Part shown: positions 12,086 through 22,156 of the stretch, piece after piece
How positions within the stretch are numbered: the stretch's first letter is position 1
Layout of the letters: the number at the start of each line of letters is the position of its first letter
Notes under the pieces: generated by a model
The model's input: the letters and a program-made list of their open reading frames with translations, nothing else
Database searches by the model: none
What the model was told of the DNA's origin: nothing
From: Cupriavidus sp.
Lineage (GTDB): Bacteria; Pseudomonadota; Gammaproteobacteria; Burkholderiales; Burkholderiaceae
NCBI GenBank assembly: GCA_019236395.1
Contig: JAFAJB010000247.1
Span: 1-63,529 of the forward strand
Length of the DNA stretch: 63,529 nucleotides
Reading direction: 5' to 3'
Program-made: the position numbers and the translations under genes

Positions 12086-13173
12086 GACACACCGCCGAGA
12101 TAGACGTCGACCAACTGACCTGGATAGATGGCCGGCTGCTGTGGCCGCCTGAAGCGGAAGATCACCGGCAGTACACGCACGTCAACGCGCTCCGTGCGCT
12201 GGTCCGAAAGCTGGATCTTCGGGGTCAGGTAAGGCTGGACGCGAACAAACTCCAGCGCAATGCTGGTATCCGTGCCGCGCAGGAACATGCGCGCCTGCGT
12301 ACCATGCTCCAACTGCAGACGGTGCACCAGAATTTCGTCGACATAGACACGCACGGCCAGCCAGTCCTGCTGGCTGCTAAGGACGGCAACCGGCTGGCTA
12401 CCCTGTGTGTACGTGTCGTAGGTGCCCGTTGGTGATACGTAGGCGCCGACAGCCGTGTTGACGGACAGCACAACGCCATCCATGGGTGCCCGGATCACAT
12501 ACTTTTTCAGCAGGGCATCCGACGCGTCAGCCGCCTTGCGCAGTGCGTCGCGCTGCTTCTCCTGGTTACGAATGTCATATGACCACGCCCCGGCGCGCGT
12601 CAGGGCAAGCTGTCTGCGCGCCACCACCAGCGCGCTGCGCGCCATGGCTACGGCATTCGTGGCGTTGTCCATGGCATCCTGGCTGACGGACCTGGCGTCG
12701 ATCTGCCAGGACTTGTGAAGTTTGTCGTACTGGTCTTCGACGGTTTTCAGGCTGGCCACGGCGGCATCAGCCTGGGCCTGAGCCACCTCCAGCGTCTCCT
12801 TGCGCGGCTGCGCCAGCAATTGCGCGAGCTGGGCATCGGCGGCATCGGCCTGCGCGGCCTGTTGCGCTGCCAGGGCGCGCTGCACCGAGTCCTCGATGAT
12901 CAGCAATTCATCGCCACGCTTGACCGCCTGCCCTTCCCGCACCGCAATGTGCACCACGGTGCCGGTCACTTCCGGATACACGTTGACGTTGGCGCCGCTC
13001 TGCTGATCACTCTCCACGATGCCGTTCGCATAGATGCCGCTGCGATACGGATTGGCCGCTGGCTGGAACACCGGCGGCAGCGGCGGCTTCTGCTGGGCGT
13101 AGATGACGGCCGCCACCACGCCGATCAGCACGCCCAGCGCCGACATCAGAAAGAGCCAACGGTTCTTCTTCAT
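12082..13173 (-). CDS. HlyD-family periplasmic adaptor
   Basis: V(R)EGQAVKRG lipoyl half, coiled coil, IRAPMDGVV. Confidence 0.88.
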   Translation of the reverse strand: MKKNRWLFLMSALGVLIGVVAAVIYAQQKPPLPPVFQPAANPYRSGIYANGIVESDQQSGANVNVYPEVTGTVVHIAVREGQAVKRGDELLIIEDSVQRALAAQQAAQADAADAQLAQLLAQPRKETLEVAQAQADAAVASLKTVEDQYDKLHKSWQIDARSVSQDAMDNATNAVAMARSALVVARRQLALTRAGAWSYDIRNQEKQRDALRKAADASDALLKKYVIRAPMDGVVLSVNTAVGAYVSPTGTYDTYTQGSQPVAVLSSQQDWLAVRVYVDEILVHRLQLEHGTQARMFLRGTDTSIALEFVRVQPYLTPKIQLSDQRTERVDVRVLPVIFRFRRPQQPAIYPGQLVDVYLGGVS

Positions 13174-13874
13174 CGCGCGGCCCCTTTCTCGATGGCTTTG
13201 AGGCGGCCATCCTCCATGTCGATAATGCGCGACGCCATGTCGAAGATCCGCGCATCGTGCGTCACGATGACAATGCAGCGTCGTTCATTGAGGATGTTCT
13301 CGCGGATGAAGGCCATGATCATGCGGCCAGTTTCGCCATCGAGCGAGGCGGTGGGTTCGTCCAGAATCAGAATATCGGGCTGGCTGACGATGGCCCGTGC
13401 AATCGCGACGCGCTGCTGCTCGCCGCCACTGAGCTTCACCGGAGGCAGTTGTGCCCGGTTCTCCAGTCCGACGATCTTGAGGTACTTGCGCGCCTCCGCC
13501 AGGGCTTCGGGCCAGTCGTATCGGCGCAGGACCAGCGGGATGGCGATGTTCTCCAGCGTGGTCAGCCGTGGGAACAGGTGGTAGTCCTGAAACACGAACC
13601 CGATCTTGGCCAGACGAAAGGCGGCCAGTTCGTCGCCGCCAAGGCCCCACACATCGACGCCGTCGATGATCACGCGGCCGCCATCGGGGCGCAGGATGCC
13701 GGAGATCACGCTGAGCAGTGTGGTCTTGCCGCTCCCGGAAGGACCCACGATGAAAAGTATCTCGCCAAAGTAGGCATCGAAACTCACGTCACGCAGCGCG
13801 TGGGTGCGCGCCTCGCCCTCGCCGAACCACTTCTCGATGCCGTGTGCGGAGATGGCAACGTGTGACACGGTCAC
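13170..13874 (-). CDS. ABC exporter ATP-binding protein (LolD/DevA-like)
   Basis: GPSGSGKT, LSGGEQQR, DEPT; GTG start overlaps the permease stop. Confidence 0.9.
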   Translation of the reverse strand: MTVSHVAISAHGIEKWFGEGEARTHALRDVSFDAYFGEILFIVGPSGSGKTTLLSVISGILRPDGGRVIIDGVDVWGLGGDELAAFRLAKIGFVFQDYHLFPRLTTLENIAIPLVLRRYDWPEALAEARKYLKIVGLENRAQLPPVKLSGGEQQRVAIARAIVSQPDILILDEPTASLDGETGRMIMAFIRENILNERRCIVIVTHDARIFDMASRIIDMEDGRLKAIEKGAAR

Positions 13875-15070
13875 CCCCGGAAGATGTCGAACGGGTCGAT
13901 GCGCAGCACCTTGCGCACGCCGATATAGCCGGAGAAACCTGCAATCACGATCACCATGGCCAGCGCCAGACCGAGGTTGTAGAAGGTGATTACCGCCGCG
14001 TAGTCTGGGATCTTCAGGCGCGCCAGCGCGATCAAGACCGCGCACAGGCCAATGCCCAGGCCGTAGCCAGTCAGCGCGACAAACGTCGCCTGGAACAGAA
14101 TCATCATGACCAGTTCGTGCCCTTTCGCGCCGATCGCCTTGAGCGCGCCGAACTTGTCCAGGTTCTCGACAATGAACGTGTAGAACGTCTGCCCGGAGAT
14201 CGACAGCCCGACGATGAAGCTGATGACGGTCATCAGCAGGATGTTCGTACCCAATCCCGTCTGGTACTTGTAGAAGTCCGAAATGCGCGCGACGAACTGC
14301 GCCTTCGTCAGTGCCAAATAGCCAAGCCGGCTCACCGCGCGCTGGATGCGCACGGCATCGCCCGGGGTTTTCGGCTCCACGAGGATGTATGAGATGGTGT
14401 AGCGGGTAGTGGGCAGGTACTGGATCGCTCGCTGGTATGTGGTGTAAAGCGTTGGTATGCCAAACAGCCCGCTGGTCGAGACCTCGGCAACCCCGACGAT
14501 CACGCCACGATGGTCGTTGATCTCGAAATCCGTGCCGACATCGGGGTTCTCCAGCTTGGAAATCTCGGCATCCTTGACGACCAGGAAGGCATTCTCGGCA
14601 AAGAGGTCATCGATGCTGCCTCGAATGACGCTGGGCCGGCCGAACAGGCTAGTGTCATCGATGCCGATCACGGTTACCGGCTGATAGGTGCCGCTCCTGA
14701 GCCGCACAAGCGCCCCGCCGGAATAGAGCGGAACCGCGAAGCGTACGCCGTCGATACTGCGCACGGCATCGAGCACGTAGTCCGGCATGCCAATCGTGTT
14801 GGCAACCGTGTTGACGGCCGGGTCCATGATCCAGATGCTGGCGCCTATGTTGAACACCGTGGACGACGACCGGTTCAATACGCCGGCGAACAGCGATGTC
14901 ATCTCGATCATCAGGAACACCGAGAATGTGAGACCAACCAGCAGGCCGCTGAACTTGGCGCGGTCATTGACCAGCAGCTTGTACGCCAGCAGCAGGATGC
15001 CCGCGATGGCAACCGTGTTCCGGGATGGAGCTGGAGTCACTGGAGATGAACTGGAATCGCCGGGCTGCAT
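13871..15070 (-). CDS. ABC exporter permease (MacB/FtsX/DevC-like)
   Basis: N-terminal TM, periplasmic domain, FGALKAIGA, three C-terminal TMs. Confidence 0.88.
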   Translation of the reverse strand: MQPGDSSSSPVTPAPSRNTVAIAGILLLAYKLLVNDRAKFSGLLVGLTFSVFLMIEMTSLFAGVLNRSSSTVFNIGASIWIMDPAVNTVANTIGMPDYVLDAVRSIDGVRFAVPLYSGGALVRLRSGTYQPVTVIGIDDTSLFGRPSVIRGSIDDLFAENAFLVVKDAEISKLENPDVGTDFEINDHRGVIVGVAEVSTSGLFGIPTLYTTYQRAIQYLPTTRYTISYILVEPKTPGDAVRIQRAVSRLGYLALTKAQFVARISDFYKYQTGLGTNILLMTVISFIVGLSISGQTFYTFIVENLDKFGALKAIGAKGHELVMMILFQATFVALTGYGLGIGLCAVLIALARLKIPDYAAVITFYNLGLALAMVIVIAGFSGYIGVRKVLRIDPFDIFRG

Positions 15071-15189
15071 TGTGTGTCACTACCGCCTCCTGCCGGGCAG
15101 TGGATGCCTGAAACTATCCACTTGGATACCGGCCCGGAAGTGCTATGTGGGAGATGGAATTCAGCTTGGCACTCACACGCCTCTTCCGG

Positions 15190-15203
15190 TTGTCCTGCAT
15201 CAA
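15190..15203. promoter_or_regulatory. Degenerate FNR box (TTGTC-CTGC-ATCAA)
   Basis: One mismatch to TTGAY-N4-RTCAA; in the divergent exporter/regulator gap. Confidence 0.5.
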
Positions 15204-15359
15204 GGCAATGGCGCTTCGTGGCCGCAGAATTCCCGGTTTCCCAGTTTCCCGGAACCCCACCCGTCCGTCAGGAAAGCCTGACAAAGCCGGATTCGACACC
15301 GACGAGACTCTCAGTGCCGCCTGCTTTCGCACGAGCGGGATGGCCACGATACTGAACGC

Positions 15360-15770
15360 ATGAACCCGTGCGCCGAAATCAAAAGCCTCACCGTGTACCT
15401 GATCGAAAGGACGCCGGCCGTCCGGACAAGGCAACTGCAAATGCTGAAGAGCCTCCACGGTCTGTGTGTGGCGGGCGCGGCGAGCGATGTGGAAGCCGAT
15501 GTGCCCCAACTCGTGGCACTGCGGCCCGATGTCGTGCTGATCGGACTGAACGCCGCCGAGAGCGTGTCCATGACACGCATTCGCACGCTGGCCGACGCAT
15601 TGCCGGCCAGCACGCTGATCGTGCTGGCCAACGAGGGAACCCCGCAGATGCGCCGAGCATGTCTCATGGCGGGAGGAAAGTACTGCTTTGACAAGACGCT
15701 CGAAGTTGCGGAGTTGCGCACGCTGCTGCTGAGGATGGCGGACGCGGTCAGGCAACGGCGGGAGTTCTAA
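15360..15770 (+). CDS. Stand-alone atypical (pseudo-)receiver domain
   Basis: Receiver pattern VYLIE...RPDVVLIGL...LIVLAN...FDK; phospho-Asp position is Gly. Confidence 0.75.
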   Translation: MNPCAEIKSLTVYLIERTPAVRTRQLQMLKSLHGLCVAGAASDVEADVPQLVALRPDVVLIGLNAAESVSMTRIRTLADALPASTLIVLANEGTPQMRRACLMAGGKYCFDKTLEVAELRTLLLRMADAVRQRREF

Positions 15771-15841
15771 CCCGCGGCGCGAGCGCGCATCAGACGCGCG
15801 AATCCGTGGTATGTGAGTCAGTTGCTCGCAAGGAGACAACG

Positions 15842-16627
15842 ATGTTCGAGACAAGCATTTCGCCTTCGGCCGACGTGGCCGTCGCCGACGCCCCCCAGAC
15901 TCCAACGCTGCATGCGCGCCCGGCCCCCGGGAAGGCGTCGCCATCAACTGCCCAATGCTCCACCTGCATGCTGCGGCACCTTTGCATGGCATCCAATCTG
16001 AATCACGCCGATGTCGCGCGCCTGGACATTGCGGTGCGCAACTGGCGATCGGTGAAACAGGGTCAACTCCTCTACAGCACGGGAGACCTGTTCCAGAATG
16101 TCTATGCACTGCGCTCGGGCTCGTTCAAGACTGTCGTGGCACATCAATGCGGGCGTGAGTATGTGTCCGGATTCTTCCTGCCCGGCGAAACGCTTGGTCT
16201 GGACGGCATTGCCACCGAATCTCATACGTGCGATGCGATCGCCCTCGAGGACAGCACCGTGTGTGTGATTCCGTTCCATTTGCTGGAAGCGCTTTGCCGG
16301 GAGATCAAATCCCTGCAGCAGCACGTTCATCGGATCATGAGTGCAGAGATCGTCCGGGAGACCGGACAGATGGCGCTGCTCGGCAACCTCACCGCCGAGC
16401 AACGGGTGGCGTCCTTTCTCCTCAGCATCTCGGACCGGCTCGGACGTCGTGGCTATTCACCGCGGGACTTTACGCTGCGCATGACGCGGGAAGACATTGG
16501 CAGCCACCTGGGCATCACACTGGAAACGGTCAGCCGCACCTTGTCCCGTCTTCAGCAGGAAGGACTCATTCGCGTCAACGGCAAGCAAATTGCGCTATTG
16601 GACCGGGAAGCGCTCGACGCGCGGTAG
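15842..16627 (+). CDS. fnr: FNR/Crp-family regulator with Fe-S cysteines
   Basis: CSTCMLRHLC plus central VC; HTH LGITLETVSR; AAGGAG RBS. Confidence 0.92.
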   Translation: MFETSISPSADVAVADAPQTPTLHARPAPGKASPSTAQCSTCMLRHLCMASNLNHADVARLDIAVRNWRSVKQGQLLYSTGDLFQNVYALRSGSFKTVVAHQCGREYVSGFFLPGETLGLDGIATESHTCDAIALEDSTVCVIPFHLLEALCREIKSLQQHVHRIMSAEIVRETGQMALLGNLTAEQRVASFLLSISDRLGRRGYSPRDFTLRMTREDIGSHLGITLETVSRTLSRLQQEGLIRVNGKQIALLDREALDAR

Positions 16628-16647
16628 CAGTACGCCACGCCCAGCGC

Positions 16648-16661
16648 TTGATACACGTCAA
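16648..16661. promoter_or_regulatory. FNR box (TTGAT-ACAC-GTCAA) upstream of the flavodoxin-like gene
   Basis: Matches TTGAY-N4-RTCAA; TAGTCT -10 at 16683-16688. Confidence 0.8.
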
Positions 16662-16741
16662 ACCGATTGGCCGGACGGCAACTAGTCTTTCCATTGACAA
16701 CTGAGCCAGCGCACATCGGTCCTTGCCAACGGGAAATTGCC

Positions 16742-17275
16742 ATGTACAACATCGCTGTTGTTTTCTATTCGCGGACCGGCACCACACGAGAGGCCGCGCA
16801 GATGCTGGCCGATCGGCTCGATTGCCCGATCTTTGAAATCGCGGACACGGTCAGTCGTTCCGGCCTGTGGGGCGACGTACGATGTGTGCTTGACAACGTC
16901 CTGCGCCGACACGTGCCCTATCGGTACACAGGCCCGGCCTTGACCGACTGCGAGAAGCTGGTGGTCATGGCACCCGTATGGGTCGGACACCTGGCGGCGC
17001 CAATGCGCAGCTTCCTGAAAGACCACCGGACATTCCAGGGTGGCTTGGCCGCAGTGGCTATCATGGCCTCGCGCGGCGGATTCCGCGCCGCGGAAGAGAT
17101 TGCGATGACAGTTGGGCGGCCTCCGCATCCGGCGCTGGTTCTGCTGCAACGGGATATCGCCAGTGGAGAAGCGTTGCAAGATATCAACGACTTTGCCGCC
17201 AGCCTCCTGGAGCAGGCCCCGGCGAACCCGACGCAAGCTCCCAGGGCTGCCTGGCTATCTCCAAACGAGGCCTGA
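16742..17275 (+). CDS. Flavodoxin-like protein
   Basis: VVFYSRTGTT FMN loop; PVW. Confidence 0.82.
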   Translation: MYNIAVVFYSRTGTTREAAQMLADRLDCPIFEIADTVSRSGLWGDVRCVLDNVLRRHVPYRYTGPALTDCEKLVVMAPVWVGHLAAPMRSFLKDHRTFQGGLAAVAIMASRGGFRAAEEIAMTVGRPPHPALVLLQRDIASGEALQDINDFAASLLEQAPANPTQAPRAAWLSPNEA

Positions 17276-17426
17276 CGGGGGTAGCGATCGGCGATGGGAG
17301 GTCTGGGCAGAGTCTGTCACGACAGCAGTTGCGGCAACGCGGCCGTGCGGCGCGGGAGAACTGACCATGAACGCCAGTGATCCGCCCTCGGGGTGCGATC
17401 GTCGCCGCCCCCCACGACGGCACCAC

Positions 17427-17618
17427 CTAGCGCCCAAGGTCCTTCGCCGATTCACCGGCAATGCCCCAGTTCTCCTTCGGCACATCGTGGATCCAGACGC
17501 GGACGTTCTCCTTTGGCGCTCCCGTCGCCTCCACCAGCGCAGCCGTGACTTTCTGTATCACGGCGCGCTTCTGCTCCACGGTACGGCCTTCGATCATGTA
17601 AATCTGCGCAAACGGCAT
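17427..17618 (-). CDS. dmpI: 4-oxalocrotonate (2-hydroxymuconate) tautomerase
   Basis: Catalytic Pro1 (MPFAQI), EGRTVEQK, 63 aa. Confidence 0.93.
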   Translation of the reverse strand: MPFAQIYMIEGRTVEQKRAVIQKVTAALVEATGAPKENVRVWIHDVPKENWGIAGESAKDLGR

Positions 17619-17657
17619 GGTTTTTCTCCAACAATCCCACGGGTAATCAGACTGTGC

Positions 17658-18698
17658 TCACGCGACTTGCCGGAGCCCGCGCTCGCGGGCCATCGTGAGC
17701 GCCGTGTCCTCGATCATGTCTTCCTGGCCGCCCACCATGCCGCGCCGGCCGAGTTCGACCAACAGGTCGCGCGCAGGCACGCCGTACTTTTCGCCGGCAC
17801 GCTTGGCAAACAGCAGGAAGCTGCCGTACACGCCCGCGTAGCCCAGCGTCAACGCATCGCGGTCGATACGAATGGGGAAGTCCATGATCGGCACCACGAG
17901 GTCTTCGGCAACGTCCTGGATCTTCCACACGTCCACGCCGGTATGGATGCCCATGCGGTCGCAGACGGCCACCAGCACCTCCATCGGCGTGTTGCCCGCC
18001 CCGGCCCCTAACCCGGCGGCGGCGGCGTCGATGCGCGTCGCGCCGCATTCGATCGCGGCCAGCGAATTGGCGACGCCCATCGCCATGTTGTGATGCCCGT
18101 GGAATCCAAGTTCCGTCTCCGGCCGGAGCGCGTCGCGCACCACGCGCAACCGCGCCCTGACATCATCGGGCAGCATGTAGCCTGCCGAATCGGTGACGTA
18201 GATGCAGTTGGCGCCATAGCTCTCCATCAGCCTGGCCTGTCGCGCAAGGCCCTCCGGGCTGTTCATGTGCGCCATCATCAGGAATCCCACGGTGTCCATC
18301 TCGAGCTTGCGCGCGTAGCTGATGTGCTGCTCCGAGACATCGGCCTCCGTGCAGTGCGTGGCCACGCGGATGGTGTGCACGCCAAGCTCGCGCGCCATCT
18401 TCAGGTGATCCACGGTGCCGATACCGGGCAACAGCAGCGCCGAGACCTTGGCCTGCTTCATCAGCGGGATCACGGCCCCCAGGTATTCCTCGTCGCTATG
18501 CGCGGGAAAGCCGTAATTGAGCGACGAGCCGCCCAGCCCGTCGCCATGGGTGACCTCGATCAGCGGCACGCCTGCGGCGTCCAGGCCCTGCGCGATGGTG
18601 GTCATCTGTTCGAGCGTCATCAGGTGGCGCTTCGGGTGCATGCCGTCACGCAACGTCATGTCGTGGACGGTGATGGTCTTGCCTTTCAGCGTAGTCAT
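17658..18698 (-). CDS. dmpG: 4-hydroxy-2-oxovalerate aldolase
   Basis: [21 protein letters not shown]. Confidence 0.95.
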   Translation of the reverse strand: MTTLKGKTITVHDMTLRDGMHPKRHLMTLEQMTTIAQGLDAAGVPLIEVTHGDGLGGSSLNYGFPAHSDEEYLGAVIPLMKQAKVSALLLPGIGTVDHLKMARELGVHTIRVATHCTEADVSEQHISYARKLEMDTVGFLMMAHMNSPEGLARQARLMESYGANCIYVTDSAGYMLPDDVRARLRVVRDALRPETELGFHGHHNMAMGVANSLAAIECGATRIDAAAAGLGAGAGNTPMEVLVAVCDRMGIHTGVDVWKIQDVAEDLVVPIMDFPIRIDRDALTLGYAGVYGSFLLFAKRAGEKYGVPARDLLVELGRRGMVGGQEDMIEDTALTMARERGLRQVA

Positions 18699-18711
18699 GT
18701 CGTGCGTCTCC

Positions 18712-19638
18712 TCAGGCTGCCACGGCGGCAGGGGTGGCTTGCAGGGTCAGTTCGCCCTTCAGTATTTCCTCGGCGAACATCTCGGCGGTGCGCGCGGCGG
18801 CGGCCGTCATGATGTCCAGATTGCCGGCATATTTCGGCAGGTAGTCACCAAGGCCCTCCACCTCCAGGAAGACGCTCACGCGATTGCCGTCGAATACCGG
18901 GCCGTTGACGAGCTTGTAGCCCGGCACGTACTTCTGCACTTCCGCAATCATGGCGTGGATCGAGGCAGTGATCGCCTCACGGTCCGGCTCGGCTTCCGTC
19001 AGGCAATGCACGGTATCCCGTATGATCAGCGGCGGCTCCGCCGGATTGATGATGATGATGGCCTTGCCCTTGGCGGCGCCGCCCACGCGCTCCACCGCCC
19101 CTGCCGTGGTGCGCGTGAATTCGTCGATGTTCTTGCGCGTGCCCGGCCCCACCGACCGGCTGGACACCGTGGCCACGATCTCGCCGTAGGCAACCGGCTG
19201 CACGCGGCTCACGGCGGCCACCATCGGGATCGTGGCCTGGCCGCCGCAGGTGACCATGTTGACGTTCATCTCGGCGCGCCCGAGATGCTCGCGCAGGTTG
19301 ACCGGCGGCACGCAGTACGGGCCGATGGCCGCAGGCGTCAGGTCGATCATCAGTACGCCAAGCGCGTTCAGCTTGCGCGAATTGTCGGCGTGGACATAGG
19401 CGCTGGTCGCATCGAAGGCGATCTGCACGCCGTCGGCAAGCACATGCGGCAGCAGGCCGTCCACGCCGTCGGACGTCGTCTTGATTCCCATCTCGCGGGC
19501 GCGTTTGAGGCCGTCGGATTCCGGGTCGATGCCAACCATCCACACGGGCTCGAGCACCGGGCTGCGCTGCAGCTTGGCGAGCAGATCGGTACCGATATTG
19601 CCGGGACCGATCAGGGCACATTTGATTTTGCGGGTCAT
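18712..19638 (-). CDS. dmpF: Acetaldehyde dehydrogenase (acylating)
   Basis: [26 protein letters not shown]. Confidence 0.95.
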   Translation of the reverse strand: MTRKIKCALIGPGNIGTDLLAKLQRSPVLEPVWMVGIDPESDGLKRAREMGIKTTSDGVDGLLPHVLADGVQIAFDATSAYVHADNSRKLNALGVLMIDLTPAAIGPYCVPPVNLREHLGRAEMNVNMVTCGGQATIPMVAAVSRVQPVAYGEIVATVSSRSVGPGTRKNIDEFTRTTAGAVERVGGAAKGKAIIIINPAEPPLIIRDTVHCLTEAEPDREAITASIHAMIAEVQKYVPGYKLVNGPVFDGNRVSVFLEVEGLGDYLPKYAGNLDIMTAAAARTAEMFAEEILKGELTLQATPAAVAA

Positions 19639-19676
19639 TGAAGTGGTCTCCACTGGTTTTTTCTGGCGATTGGCGG

Positions 19677-20468
19677 TCATTCCACAAAGCGCATCGATAC
19701 GTTGCCCAGGTCCTGGAAGCGGACGCACACGCTATCGCCCGCCGCAACGGCAATCGCCTCTGTCACGCCGCCGGTCATGATGAAAGTGCCGGCCGGAATT
19801 TCCTGTCCGCGCGCGCCGAGGTGGTTCGCCATCATCGCCACGGCCGCGGCAGGATGGCCCAGCACTGCCGCGCCGGCGGCCATGGCGACGGCGCGGCCGT
19901 TCTTCTCCAGCACGACGCCGAGCGTGCGCAGGTCGAGATCTTCCGGGCTACGTGCGCGTCCACCCACCACGAAGCGCGCCGCCGAGGTGTTGTCGGCAAT
20001 GACGCTCTTCAGGTCGAACTTGAAATCGCGGTAGCGGCTGTCGATGATTTCCACCGCCGGCACGATGAAGTCGATGGCCGCCAGCACGCTGCCCACGTGG
20101 CAGCCCGGGCCCCGCAGCGGTGCCTTGGTGACAATGCAGATCTCGGCCTCCACCTTCGGGTGGATCAACTCCGACATGCGGATCTCGCCGCCGTCCGGCC
20201 GCGCCATGTCTTCGCTGACAAAGCCGAACACCGGCGTCTCCACCCCCATCTGCTTCATCTTGGCGAACGATGTGAGCCCGGCCTTCAGCCCCACCGTCCT
20301 GAGGCCGCGCGATTCCTTGCGCCGGCGGATCTCGTCCTGGATGTCATAGGCGTCGGCCCAGTCGAGGTCGGGGTATTCGTCGGTGATCTTCGTGATGTCG
20401 CGCACGGCAAGTTGCGCGCCCTCGACATGCGCGGCAAGCGCTTCGATGGTTTCCCGGTTCAGTGTCAT
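19677..20468 (-). CDS. dmpH: 4-oxalocrotonate decarboxylase
   Basis: [20 protein letters not shown]...ADNTS. Confidence 0.9.
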   Translation of the reverse strand: MTLNRETIEALAAHVEGAQLAVRDITKITDEYPDLDWADAYDIQDEIRRRKESRGLRTVGLKAGLTSFAKMKQMGVETPVFGFVSEDMARPDGGEIRMSELIHPKVEAEICIVTKAPLRGPGCHVGSVLAAIDFIVPAVEIIDSRYRDFKFDLKSVIADNTSAARFVVGGRARSPEDLDLRTLGVVLEKNGRAVAMAAGAAVLGHPAAAVAMMANHLGARGQEIPAGTFIMTGGVTEAIAVAAGDSVCVRFQDLGNVSMRFVE

Positions 20469-20493
20469 GGTCTGGTTTCCCGATGGGTATGAG

Positions 20494-21276
20494 TCAGATG
20501 AAGCGCACCGAGGTCCCGCCCAGCCCGCCCACGCTGCAATACAGGCTGTCGCCCGGCTTGACGGGCACCAGCGGCGACTGCGAGCCCGACAGGATCACGT
20601 CGCCTGCCTTCAGCGCGATACCGAAGCGGCCCAGCGTATTCGCGAGCCACGCCACCGCATTGACAGGCGATCCCTGCACCGAGGCGCCGCACGAGGTGCT
20701 CACGATCTCGCCGTTCTTCTCCAGCACCATGCCTGCAAGTGCGAGATCGAGGTCGCGCGGGCTGCGGCGCGTGCCGCCGAGCGTGAAGACGCCGCACGAC
20801 GCGTTGTCGGCCACGGTGTCCTGGATGCGAATCTTCCAGTCGCGGATGCGGGAATCGACGATCTCGAAGCACGGCATCACGCAGTCGGTGGCGCGCAGTA
20901 CATCGGCTGCGGTCACACCCGGCCCGCAGAGGTCTCGCGACAGCACGAAGGCCACTTCAGCCTCTGCCTTCGGCGCGATCATCCTGGCTGTGTCCACCGG
21001 CTCGCCCTCGTTGAAGACCATGCCCGACAGCAAATGGCCGAAGTCGGGCTGGTCCACCCCGAGCATGTCCATCACCACCCGGCTGGTCACGCCGATCTTC
21101 TTGCCGATCACGGTCTCACCCGCTTCAAGGCGGCGGCCGATCATGCGCAACTGGATCCGGTACGCGTCTTCGATGGTGATGTCCGGTTCGCGGTCCGTGA
21201 GCGGTTCCAGCGGCTTGCGCGTCAAGAGCGATTCGTAGAGCGCGTCGCCGTAGTGTTGGATCTTTGTAGCGTCCAT
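20494..21276 (-). CDS. dmpE: 2-oxopent-4-enoate hydratase
   Basis: GKKIGVTS, DTVADNASCG. Confidence 0.92.
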   Translation of the reverse strand: MDATKIQHYGDALYESLLTRKPLEPLTDREPDITIEDAYRIQLRMIGRRLEAGETVIGKKIGVTSRVVMDMLGVDQPDFGHLLSGMVFNEGEPVDTARMIAPKAEAEVAFVLSRDLCGPGVTAADVLRATDCVMPCFEIVDSRIRDWKIRIQDTVADNASCGVFTLGGTRRSPRDLDLALAGMVLEKNGEIVSTSCGASVQGSPVNAVAWLANTLGRFGIALKAGDVILSGSQSPLVPVKPGDSLYCSVGGLGGTSVRFI

Positions 21277-21304
21277 GAGTGTTCCTCGATACGTGAAATT
21301 CGGT

Positions 21305-22156
21305 TCAAGCGAGTGCGGCGGCGTCGGCTTCGGCCAGGAAGTCGCTCACCAGCCTAGCGAAGCGCGCGCTGTGCTCGATCTGCGTCCAGTGGCCGCAACG
21401 GCTGAAAACATGGAGCTGGCTGTTGGGAATCCAGTCCGCCAGCGTCAGCGAATTGGACAGCGGAATGACCTTGTCTTCCCGGCCGTGGACCACCAGCGTC
21501 TCGTGCGGCAGCGCGCGGATATCCGCCTCGGCGCTGGCCATCGCGTCGGCCCACCGCTGACGCGGCGCGGGAAACATCGCGGCATAGGATTCCTGCACGC
21601 CGGGCGCCACGCTGGCTTCGTACCGCAGCCGGGCCAGTTCGTCGGTCACGCGGCCACGGTCGTAGGCGAACAGGTCCAGCAGCCCCCGCATTGCCTCCAG
21701 CGACGGCTCATAGCCCCATACCGCGTCCAGCCCCGGCGTGATGCGAAATGGCACCCCGACCGATCCCATCAGCACAAGCCGCCGTACCCGCTCCGGTGCA
21801 CGGATGGCAAGCGCCAGCGCCAGCGCGCCGCCAAACGAGTTGCCGACGAGATCGACCTGCGGCAGTTCCAGTGCATCGAGCAGGTCCAGGGCCTGCTGCA
21901 CCCAGACGTCCATGCCGTAGACCTGTCCGGCCGGACGGTCGCTCTGGCCGAAGCCGAGCATGTCCGGCGCGATCACGCGGCGTTCGCGGGCCAGCGCCGG
22001 CAGCACCGGGCGCCAGTTGGCCCACGCGCTGACTCCCGGGCCCGACCCGTGCAGCAGCAGCACGGGCGCCCCCCGGCCAACGTCATGCACGTGGGTTGTC
22101 ACCGCCCCCGTTCGCACGTACCGGGTTTCGGGTACCTGAATTTCGCTCTCGCTCAT
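21305..22156 (-). CDS. dmpD: 2-hydroxymuconic semialdehyde hydrolase
   Basis: HGSGPG, GNSFGG nucleophile, CGHWTQIEH. Confidence 0.92.
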   Translation of the reverse strand: MSESEIQVPETRYVRTGAVTTHVHDVGRGAPVLLLHGSGPGVSAWANWRPVLPALARERRVIAPDMLGFGQSDRPAGQVYGMDVWVQQALDLLDALELPQVDLVGNSFGGALALALAIRAPERVRRLVLMGSVGVPFRITPGLDAVWGYEPSLEAMRGLLDLFAYDRGRVTDELARLRYEASVAPGVQESYAAMFPAPRQRWADAMASAEADIRALPHETLVVHGREDKVIPLSNSLTLADWIPNSQLHVFSRCGHWTQIEHSARFARLVSDFLAEADAAALA

